A DNA stretch of 64,000 nucleotides from an uncultured Gammaproteobacteria bacterium (lineage in GTDB: Bacteria; Patescibacteriota; Microgenomatia; Woykebacterales; RBG-16-39-9b). Below the pieces are notes generated by a model. The model had not been told where the DNA came from and made no database searches. It saw nothing but the letters and a program-made list of their open reading frames with translations. The position numbers and the translations under genes were made by a program. Of this stretch, positions 57,014 to 64,000 are shown in pieces (position 1 is the first letter of the stretch; every line of letters begins with the position of its first letter). The DNA is taken from NCBI GenBank assembly GCA_964360785.1, contig CAYHXX010000001.1:412264-476263 (forward strand), given 5' to 3'.

Positions 57014-57491
57014 CTTCAACCTCTTTTTTATCTTTATTATTTTTTACCGGACGCAGTCTTCGAAAAGCTTCGATAGTTGCATAGACATTTGAAGCTTTGT
57101 TTGACGTTCCAAGTACTTTTGAGAGAATGTCATGAATTCCTGCAGCCTCAGTCACAGCTCGAACTGCTCCTCCAGCAATGACACCAGTTCCAGCTGACGC
57201 TGGTCGTAGCATTATTTTGGCTGCTCCAACCTTGACATTGATCGGGTGAGGGATAGTGGTACCTCTCATAGGTACTGTCACAAGGTGTTTCTTCGCATAA
57301 GTAACCGCTTTTCTGATAGAAGATTGGACTTCTGGAGACTTTCCAAGCCCAACTCCAACGCGACCTTTACGGTCCCCCACGACTACAAGAACCGAAAAAC
57401 CAATCTTGTTGCCACCTTTCGTCTTCTTTGAAACCCGACTTACCTGGACAATTTTTTCTTGAAATTCGTTATCGCTATAAGAGTTCATCAT
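57000..57491 (-). CDS. rpsE: 30S ribosomal protein S5
   Basis: RVSKKTKGG, PA..GTGVIAGG. Confidence 0.96.
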   Translation of the reverse strand: MMNSYSDNEFQEKIVQVSRVSKKTKGGNKIGFSVLVVVGDRKGRVGVGLGKSPEVQSSIRKAVTYAKKHLVTVPMRGTTIPHPINVKVGAAKIMLRPASAGTGVIAGGAVRAVTEAAGIHDILSKVLGTSNKASNVYATIEAFRRLRPVKNNKDKKEVEDAIE

Positions 57492-57501
57492 AAATAGTTT
57501 A

Positions 57502-57843
57502 TTAGAATTCTAACCCTCCCTCACGAGCGCCCTCTGCTAATGCTCTTACCCGTCCATGATACAAGTAACCGGCGCGATCAAAAACAACTTTCTTAACCTT
57601 TTTCTTACTTGCCTCTAGTGCGAAGTTTTTTCCAACTTCTTTTGCTTTCTCTAGTTTTGTTATTTTCTTAGTCGCGGTCTTGTCTGAGACAGAAAACAGA
57701 ATTTTACCGTTTTTTTCATCGACCAAGCTTGCATAGATATGTTTGCTTGAACGAAAAACTGTCAATCTAGGTAGATTGCTAAATCTGGTTCTTTCAACTA
57801 TTTTTTTGTGTCTGCGGCTGCGCCGTTCTTGTGCCTTATTCAT
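57502..57843 (-). CDS. rplR: 50S ribosomal protein L18
   Basis: PRL.VFRS.KHIYA, FDR.GY.YHGRV; start set at MNKAQ. Confidence 0.95.
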   Translation of the reverse strand: MNKAQERRSRRHKKIVERTRFSNLPRLTVFRSSKHIYASLVDEKNGKILFSVSDKTATKKITKLEKAKEVGKNFALEASKKKVKKVVFDRAGYLYHGRVRALAEGAREGGLEF

Positions 57844-57847
57844 AAGT

Positions 57848-58393
57848 TTAAGCTCCCGCTGCCTTCCCAGCTTTACCAGCCTTGCGGCGAATAACTTCAC
57901 CTTCGTATTTGATACCCTTACCTTTGTAAGGTTCTGCTGGCCTTACTTTTCTAATCTTGCTTGCAATCTCCCCAACCAAGGCTTTGTCAAACCCAGAAAC
58001 TGTTATCTTGTTTTCAGTTACTTTAAAACTAATTCCTTCTGGAGCTTCAATCTCAACTTGGTGAGAAAAACCCACATTCAGAGTCAACTTGTTACCTTGA
58101 ACTTGGGATCGGAATCCAACACCGGAGAGCTCGAGTGTTTTCTCATACCCTTTGGTAACACCTTCGATCATGTTGGCGATCAACGTTCTGGTCAGTCCGT
58201 GCATTGCTTTAGAACGATCAGTGTCATCCCTGCGTTGTACTTTGATTTCCTGCCCATCAATAGACAGACTAACCTCAGGTGGGAATCTAAAATTCAGAGT
58301 ACCTTTCGGTCCAGTCACGCTGATGCTACTACGTTCTTCTTTGATCTGAACTTGATTGTCGTATTTAACTGGTAACTTTCCAATTTTGCTCAT
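57848..58393 (-). CDS. rplF: 50S ribosomal protein L6
   Basis: MSKIGK.P, GPKGTL, EPYKGKGI. Confidence 0.96.
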   Translation of the reverse strand: MSKIGKLPVKYDNQVQIKEERSSISVTGPKGTLNFRFPPEVSLSIDGQEIKVQRRDDTDRSKAMHGLTRTLIANMIEGVTKGYEKTLELSGVGFRSQVQGNKLTLNVGFSHQVEIEAPEGISFKVTENKITVSGFDKALVGEIASKIRKVRPAEPYKGKGIKYEGEVIRRKAGKAGKAAGA

Positions 58394-58398
58394 ATTGA

Positions 58399-58785
58399 TT
58401 ACCAAACCTCACAAAGAATTTCGCCTCCTACTTGATTCTTTCTAGCTTCCCTATCTGACAACAAACCTTTATTAGTAGAGATTATCGCTACACCCAAACC
58501 ACCATAAACATAAGGAATCTTGTCTTTATTCTTATAAACTCTTAGTCCTGGTTTGGAGACTCTTTTTATTCCTTCGACCTCTGGTTTACCATTCTCGTAG
58601 CGAAGTTTCATTGCTAGATATTTTTTATTTTCGACAACTTCTTCTTTAATATCTTCCAAATAACCTAGTTTCTTGAGCTTGTCGCCTAGGTTCTTCTTTA
58701 ATTTTGAAAACGGAACTTTTACCTCAGTTTTTGAGGCTTTGTAACCATTGCGAATAATTGTTAGCATGTCTGCGATAGAATCCAT
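58399..58785 (-). CDS. rpsH: 30S ribosomal protein S8
   Basis: D.IADMLT.IRN, SKPGLRVY, GGE. Confidence 0.96.
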   Translation of the reverse strand: MDSIADMLTIIRNGYKASKTEVKVPFSKLKKNLGDKLKKLGYLEDIKEEVVENKKYLAMKLRYENGKPEVEGIKRVSKPGLRVYKNKDKIPYVYGGLGVAIISTNKGLLSDREARKNQVGGEILCEVW

Positions 58786-58795
58786 AGATTTTCCT

Positions 58796-58981
58796 TTACC
58801 AACTGGCTTTTACTACACCAGGTAATTCTCCTTTATGGGCAAGTTGTCTAAAACATATTCTGCAGGTTTTAAATTTGCGAATATACGCTCTCGAACGGCC
58901 ACAGATGTTGCAGCGGTTCTTTGCTCGAACTGGATATTTTGGTACTTTTTTTGATTTCACTACCATTGCTAGTCTAGCCAT
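58796..58981 (-). CDS. rpsZ: 30S ribosomal protein S14, zinc-binding type Z
   Basis: CxxC...CxxC, GELPG..KASW. Confidence 0.95.
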   Translation of the reverse strand: MARLAMVVKSKKVPKYPVRAKNRCNICGRSRAYIRKFKTCRICFRQLAHKGELPGVVKASW

Positions 58982-59538
58982 TAGTTGTTAACCTTTCTGA
59001 AAGGTATTCCGATACCTTCCAACAAAACCTTTCCTTGTTCGTTGTCTTTTGCTGTTGTAGTGATAGTCACTTCTACCCCGGAACCTCTATCCCCTTTGGT
59101 GTACTCAATCTCAGGAAAAACAGTTACTTCTCGAAACCCAAGTGAGTAGTTGCCTCTACCATCAAAGGAAGTCTCAGAGACCCCACGAAAATCTCGAACC
59201 CGGGGAAGAACAACTGCGGTTAGCTTGTCGAGGAAAGCAAACATTTTCTTACCGCGCAAAGTCACCTGAGCTCCGATAATCTGTCCTTGTCTAATCTTAA
59301 AAGAAGCAATAGCTTTCTTTGCCTTTCGGGTTGCTGGTTTCTGCCCACTGATTAGGTTCAGATCATGAATAATAGCGTCTCGGCTTTTTTCATCGCTGGA
59401 TACTTTTCCAAAACCAACATTGAGCACCACTTTTTCAAGTTTTGGTATTGCCATAGAATTCTTAATTTCGAATTCTTTCTTAAGAGAGTCTTTTACTTTT
59501 TGTTCGTACTTCTCTTGTACTTTCATAGTATTAATCAA
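58981..59538 (-). CDS. rplE: 50S ribosomal protein L5
   Basis: [25 protein letters not shown]. Confidence 0.96.
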   Translation of the reverse strand: MINTMKVQEKYEQKVKDSLKKEFEIKNSMAIPKLEKVVLNVGFGKVSSDEKSRDAIIHDLNLISGQKPATRKAKKAIASFKIRQGQIIGAQVTLRGKKMFAFLDKLTAVVLPRVRDFRGVSETSFDGRGNYSLGFREVTVFPEIEYTKGDRGSGVEVTITTTAKDNEQGKVLLEGIGIPFRKVNN

Positions 59539-59839
59539 TTATTTGTTCACACTTTTTACAAACTCTATTTTTCTTGTCACCTTTTTGCACGTAACCAATT
59601 CTGGTTGCAAGTTTACACTTTGGGCATACTAAAGATACATTGGCGACACTTATTGGTCTGACGATATCGATAATCCCGGCTTGCTTTACCTTACCGCTAC
59701 CTTTTGAATTCCGCTTGTACATATTTATCCCGGCAACTGCTACCTTACTGATAGTAGGTAATACTTTATCAACCTTTCCTTTTTTTCCTTTATCTTTCCC
59801 AGCGGTTACCAAGATTTCATCCCCAATTCGAAGTTTCAT
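59531..59839 (-). CDS. rplX: 50S ribosomal protein L24
   Basis: GD...V.AGKDKGK; CxxC pairs. Confidence 0.95.
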   Translation of the reverse strand: MKLRIGDEILVTAGKDKGKKGKVDKVLPTISKVAVAGINMYKRNSKGSGKVKQAGIIDIVRPISVANVSLVCPKCKLATRIGYVQKGDKKNRVCKKCEQIID

Positions 59840-60208
59840 CTAGATTACCTCCGGTGCTAAAGATACAATCTTTAAAAAGCCTTTTTCGCGAATTTCCCTT
59901 GCTATTGGACCAAAAATACGAGTTCCTTTTGGGTTGCCTGCATTGTCGATCACTACAGCCGCATTTTCATCAAAACGAACATACGAACCGTCAACACGAC
60001 GGTTTTCCTTTTTTGTACGTACCAAAACAGCTCTGACAATCTCAGCATCCTTAACAGTCCCGTTTGGGTCAGCTTTTTTGACTACGCAGGTTACAACATC
60101 TCCCAAACTAGCAAATCTCTGACGAGACCTTCCAGGTTGCCCAATCATCATTAACTTTTTAGCGCCGCTGTTGTCTGCCACGGCAATCATTGATCGGTGT
60201 TGTATCAT
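59840..60208 (-). CDS. rplN: 50S ribosomal protein L14
   Basis: [28 protein letters not shown]. Confidence 0.97.
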   Translation of the reverse strand: MIQHRSMIAVADNSGAKKLMMIGQPGRSRQRFASLGDVVTCVVKKADPNGTVKDAEIVRAVLVRTKKENRRVDGSYVRFDENAAVVIDNAGNPKGTRIFGPIAREIREKGFLKIVSLAPEVI

Positions 60209-60453
60209 TTTGTTTTTGCCTTTTCCTCTTTGTTAAGCACTCTTACAACTTTGAATTTCTTTGTTTTTGAATAAGGCCTTGTTTCGACTATTTCGACTGT
60301 TTCTCCTTCTTTTATTGGTTGTTCTGAGTGAACAGCAAAACGGCTAGTTCTCTTTAATCTTTTCTTGTACATCGGATGCACTACAAGCCTTTCAACTTCG
60401 ACAAGAATAGTGTTATTCATTTTTGTGCTGACAACTTTACCCTGCATTAGCAA
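60205..60453 (-). CDS. rpsQ: 30S ribosomal protein S17
   Basis: G.VVS.KM..T, HP.YKK, ETRP.SKTK. Confidence 0.95.
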   Translation of the reverse strand: MLMQGKVVSTKMNNTILVEVERLVVHPMYKKRLKRTSRFAVHSEQPIKEGETVEIVETRPYSKTKKFKVVRVLNKEEKAKTK

Positions 60454-60649
60454 CTAACCGCCTTTCATTAATTTTTGTTTTTATCAAAGCAATTTCTTTT
60501 TTCTTAAAATAAATACTTTTTACATTCTTTAATTTTCGCAATTTGTTTTCGACTCTCAAATCTAGCAAAGCTCGTTCGCTTTCTGAAAGAGTCTTCTTAA
60601 GCTCTTCCATATTTGTGATGTCTTTTATATGTTTTGTTTCTTTTTTCAT
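60437..60649 (-). CDS. rpmC: 50S ribosomal protein L29
   Basis: Position between rplP and rpsQ; EL...L..LR....KKEIA.IKT.I.ER. Confidence 0.88.
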   Translation of the reverse strand: MKKETKHIKDITNMEELKKTLSESERALLDLRVENKLRKLKNVKSIYFKKKEIALIKTKINERRLVANAG

Positions 60650-60661
60650 AAATTCTTATTT

Positions 60662-60714
60662 ATATCGAGCGTCTACTAATTTCATAATTCATTAACTACA
60701 TTTCAGCTCGTTAT
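60662..60714 (-). repeat. Intergenic stem-loop motif, copy 3
   Basis: ATAACGAGC...GCTCGATAT arms, compensatory relative to copies 1 and 2. Confidence 0.7.
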
Positions 60715-61127
60715 TATGTTTCTCCTCGATAAACTGTTCGGACTTCCAAAGGAATCTTTCTACCGGCTAGTCTCATGGCTTCGCTTGCAACTTCTCTACT
60801 GACCCCTCCCATCTCAAATAGGATCGTTCCCGGTTTGACTACGGCAACATACCCCTCGACGTTTCCCTTACCAGAACCCATACGAGTTTCCGGTGGTTTT
60901 TTTGTCACCGGCTTATCTGGAAAGATTCTGATCCAAATACGACCACCTCTTTTTGTGTGATGGGTCATGGCTCGTCGTGCAGCTTCAATCTGTCGAGCTG
61001 TGATCCAACCAGCCTCCATAACTTTTAAAGCGTAGTCTCCAAACTCGATGTTTGCTCCACGTGTTGCAACACCAGCTATGCTGCCACGAAACTGTCTTCG
61101 GAATTTAACTCGCTTTGGTTGCAACAT
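60714..61127 (-). CDS. rplP: 50S ribosomal protein L16
   Basis: [23 protein letters not shown]. Confidence 0.97.
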   Translation of the reverse strand: MLQPKRVKFRRQFRGSIAGVATRGANIEFGDYALKVMEAGWITARQIEAARRAMTHHTKRGGRIWIRIFPDKPVTKKPPETRMGSGKGNVEGYVAVVKPGTILFEMGGVSREVASEAMRLAGRKIPLEVRTVYRGET

Positions 61128-61168
61128 AAGTATTCTTATGCGGATCGCGAAGCGACCGACATAGTCCT

Positions 61169-61810
61169 TTATTTCCCCTCTTCTTTTACTTCTGGTTTAT
61201 AAATCCAAACTTTCACACCAGTCACTCCAGCAGTCAAAGTCTTGGCTGGTACAGCTGCATAATCAATGTCTGCTCTGAGAGTATGAAGCGGAATTGAGCC
61301 GATTGATCTTTTTTCGTAGCGTGCAATTTCTGCTCCATTCAGTCGTCCCGAAACAATAATCTTGACTCCGCGGGCACTTGAGCGCATGACTCGATCACAA
61401 GATTGGACCAAAAGTCTTTTGACTGGCATTCGTCTTTCTATCTGATCCGCAATATTCTGGGCTACCAAATGAGCGTCCAAGTCCGGTCTCTTAATCTCTT
61501 CGACATTGATCGTAATTTTCTGATTAGTTAATTTTTCTATTTCTTTCTTCAACTCTTCAATCCCAGCGCCAGAGCGACCAATAACCATTCCTGGACGAGA
61601 AACTAATACATTTACTGTAATCTTATTAATCGAACGTTCAATAATCACTTTGCTGATACCAGATTGTTTTAGCTTCTTCATGACAAAGTTCCGAATCTTG
61701 ATATCCTCTGCCAAAAGCTCACCATAACGGTTCTTGGTTGCAAACCATTTTGAAGTCCAGTTTTTATTGATTGGTAATCTAAATGCAATTGGATTTACTT
61801 TTTGTCCCAT
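61169..61810 (-). CDS. rpsC: 30S ribosomal protein S3
   Basis: [34 protein letters not shown]. Confidence 0.97.
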   Translation of the reverse strand: MGQKVNPIAFRLPINKNWTSKWFATKNRYGELLAEDIKIRNFVMKKLKQSGISKVIIERSINKITVNVLVSRPGMVIGRSGAGIEELKKEIEKLTNQKITINVEEIKRPDLDAHLVAQNIADQIERRMPVKRLLVQSCDRVMRSSARGVKIIVSGRLNGAEIARYEKRSIGSIPLHTLRADIDYAAVPAKTLTAGVTGVKVWIYKPEVKEEGK

Positions 61811-61855
61811 TTTCAACCAACCCTTTCTATAATTAGAAAATATGTCTTCATAATT

Positions 61856-62194
61856 TTAGTTAGCCTCTTCCAAAACAACCTTAATATGAGTACTCTGTTT
61901 AAGAATTGGATGCGCCATACCACGACTTCTTGGTCTAGATCTCTTTAAAACTTGCCCTTCGTTTACCACAATTTCTTTGATAATCAACTTCTTCTCGCTT
62001 AACTTATTGTTGTTTGTGGCGTTGGCAATGGCTGATCTTAGAACCTTTGAGATCAAAAGTCCGGCTTTCTTTGGTTGAAATCTCAAAGATTCTACTGTAT
62101 TAACAGCATTTTTGCCGACCAAAGTACTTGCTACCAAACGAGCCTTTCGTGTTGAAATTCTTAAATTTTTTCCTTCAGCAAAGACGTTGTTCAT
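61856..62194 (-). CDS. rplV: 50S ribosomal protein L22
   Basis: RIS.RK.RLV, SA.ANA, RPRSRG. Confidence 0.96.
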   Translation of the reverse strand: MNNVFAEGKNLRISTRKARLVASTLVGKNAVNTVESLRFQPKKAGLLISKVLRSAIANATNNNKLSEKKLIIKEIVVNEGQVLKRSRPRSRGMAHPILKQSTHIKVVLEEAN

Positions 62195-62195
62195 A

Positions 62196-62480
62196 TTAGG
62201 TTGGTGTCACGGTTCTATCTGTAACTCGTCCATGAGATCTAAAAGTTCGGGTTGGAGAGAACTCGCCCAAACGGTGTCCTACCATTGGTTCAGTTACAAA
62301 CACATCAATAAATTTCTTACCATTGTGGACAGATAAGGTCAACCCCACCATTTCAGGTGAAATTTGGGAACCACGAGCCCAGGTCTTGATACCAGTACGA
62401 GTACCTTGATTCTTAGCTTCTAATACTTTTTTCATTAATTTTTCGTCAACGTATGGTCCTTTTTTCAGTGAACGGCTCAT
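62196..62480 (-). CDS. rpsS: 30S ribosomal protein S19
   Basis: [23 protein letters not shown]. Confidence 0.97.
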   Translation of the reverse strand: MSRSLKKGPYVDEKLMKKVLEAKNQGTRTGIKTWARGSQISPEMVGLTLSVHNGKKFIDVFVTEPMVGHRLGEFSPTRTFRSHGRVTDRTVTPT

Positions 62481-62508
62481 AAATTCCTATCTATACGTCC
62501 CCGTATTA

Positions 62509-63330
62509 TTATTTTTTCCTCCGGCTAATAATCAATTTATCGCTTTGCTTTGGTTTCCTAGTTTTTCCAACGGCTTTCTTTCCCCAAGGTGTCTTTGGCG
62601 AGCTCATTCCGATACCAGACCTACCTTCTCCTCCACCATGTGGGTGACTACTTGGATTCTGGGCTACGCCACGAACAGTCGGGCGAATGCCCATATGCCT
62701 ACTTCGACCAGCTTTCCCAAGATTGATATTCTTGCGGTCAATATTTCCCAAACTTCCAAAAGTTGCCATGCACTCAAGTTTTACCTTTCTAACTTCAGTC
62801 GAAGGTAAACGCAAATGTGCCCAACCACTTTCTTTGGCCATCAAAGTCGCAGAACCGCCAGCCGAACGCACTATTGCTCCGCCGGCTCCAGCATCTAGCT
62901 CAATATTGTGGACAACACTACCCACCGGAATATTTTTCAACGGCATACTGTTTCCTAGCTTAACCTCTACCTTCTCCCCAGAAACCACTTCATCACCAAT
63001 TTCCAGCCCCAACGGAGCCAGAATATAACGCTTTTCACCATCTATATAGTTTATTTGGGCAATCAAACTTGTGCGGTTTGGGTCGTATTCAATACTTACC
63101 ACTTTTCCTGAAATATCAAACTTATTTCTCTTGAAATCAATACTTCGGAAGAATCTCTTGTGACGACCACCGATATGGCGAACACTCACTTGACCGGACG
63201 AGTCTCTACCGCCTGTTTTTGGCAATATTGTTGACAAACCCTTCAAAGGCCTCTTCTTACTTATCTTTTCACTTGTTGTGGTCATAAACCTTCGGCTAGG
63301 AGTTGACCCACCCAACTTCTTTATTGCCAT
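62509..63330 (-). CDS. rplB: 50S ribosomal protein L2
   Basis: [20 protein letters not shown]. Confidence 0.97.
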   Translation of the reverse strand: MAIKKLGGSTPSRRFMTTTSEKISKKRPLKGLSTILPKTGGRDSSGQVSVRHIGGRHKRFFRSIDFKRNKFDISGKVVSIEYDPNRTSLIAQINYIDGEKRYILAPLGLEIGDEVVSGEKVEVKLGNSMPLKNIPVGSVVHNIELDAGAGGAIVRSAGGSATLMAKESGWAHLRLPSTEVRKVKLECMATFGSLGNIDRKNINLGKAGRSRHMGIRPTVRGVAQNPSSHPHGGGEGRSGIGMSSPKTPWGKKAVGKTRKPKQSDKLIISRRKK

Positions 63331-63331
63331 A

Positions 63332-63628
63332 TTAGCTTTTTACCTCAAATATATCGATTTTTTGTTCTTTACCGACTCTTACCATCGCCTTCTTAATAGC
63401 TGGTTGAATTGCTCTTTGTCTAGTACGCAGCACTCTTTTGCTGCGGTTTTTGAGAATACTAGTTTTTACTCTCAAAACATCGACTTTGAAAAGTTCTTTA
63501 ACAGCATGAGCGATTTCAATCTTGTTGGCTGTCTTGGCGACCTCAAAAGTGTATTCTCCCGAAGCAGCATCGTGCAAAGATTTCTCTGTTAATATTGGTC
63601 TTCTAATTATTTTTGACGCCTGTATCAT
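63332..63628 (-). CDS. rplW: 50S ribosomal protein L23
   Basis: P.LTEKS, YTFEV...ANK.EI, KKA.V. Confidence 0.95.
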   Translation of the reverse strand: MIQASKIIRRPILTEKSLHDAASGEYTFEVAKTANKIEIAHAVKELFKVDVLRVKTSILKNRSKRVLRTRQRAIQPAIKKAMVRVGKEQKIDIFEVKS

Positions 63629-63629
63629 A

Positions 63630-64000
63630 CTATTTCCTCCCTACAAAAAGCTCTTCCATTTTTTTAACTGCTTCTTTTGTCAATAATAGTTTTTTATTAT
63701 CCAAAACTTGATACGTATTTAAGTTGTTAACAGTCGCAACTTTTGTATCTTCGATATTTCTGAATGCTAGTTTCTGGTTGTCTTTTAATTCCGAAGTAAC
63801 CACTAACACCTTCCCTTTTAGTTCCAACTTTTTCAAAATTCCAAAAGCCTCTTTTGTTTTGGCACCCTTCAACTCTAAGTCTTTGATAATTACTAGGCTC
63901 TTGTCACCAAACTTCACTGAGAGCGCCGAGAGCAGTGCTTTTTGTTTCATCTTTTTTGGCATCTCAAGTGAATAATCTTTTGGTTTTGGTCCAAAAGAAA
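63630..64000 (-). CDS. rplD: 50S ribosomal protein L4 (partial, 5' end beyond window)
   Basis: FGPKPKDYS...PKKMK..AL.SALS; position before rplW. Confidence 0.93.
   Translation of the reverse strand, partial: SFGPKPKDYSLEMPKKMKQKALLSALSVKFGDKSLVIIKDLELKGAKTKEAFGILKKLELKGKVLVVTSELKDNQKLAFRNIEDTKVATVNNLNTYQVLDNKKLLLTKEAVKKMEELFVGRK

Noticed and set aside
127-63975. Numerous short ORFs in the track antisense to or overlapping long genes
   Set aside because: Shadow frames of well-supported genes with no recognisable motifs
1-64000. Alternative genetic code (UGA=Gly)
   Set aside because: TGA terminates intact genes (e.g. 11817, 23736, rny) and core ORFs are full length under code 11

Overview
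AT-rich (about 35-40% GC) bacterial chromosome segment that looks like Patescibacteria/CPR (probably Microgenomates-like). Support: no rpmD/L30 between rpsE and rplO, GAD-less AspRS, short-LID Adk, DUF3048/DUF5667/DUF5679/DUF2207-type genes, and standard code with TGA used as stop. Core content: tandem sensor kinases, gltX, aspS, recJ, secD/secF, comM, RNase P RNA, miaA, HU-ymdB-rny-recX-recA, vapBC plus tRNA-Pro(GGG), an ECF sigma/anti-sigma pair, pyk-ppsA, and the S10-spc-alpha ribosomal superoperon joined to rplM-rpsI. No CRISPR array, integrase or transposase was seen. Best leads: (1) a three-copy ~55-nt intergenic stem-loop with a compensatory base pair, upstream of ymdB, rpsM and rpmC; (2) two 427-aa histidine kinases with complementary defects; (3) a Shine-Dalgarno apparently brought to its start codon by a ~66-nt extruded hairpin; (4) self-contained promoter-SD-ORF-terminator cassettes with foreign composition, one about 69% GC, in a genome whose core genes look mostly leaderless; (5) a ~180-nt structured element downstream of HU; (6) vapBC abutting a tRNA gene. 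All calls were made by eye; no database searches or folding programs were run.
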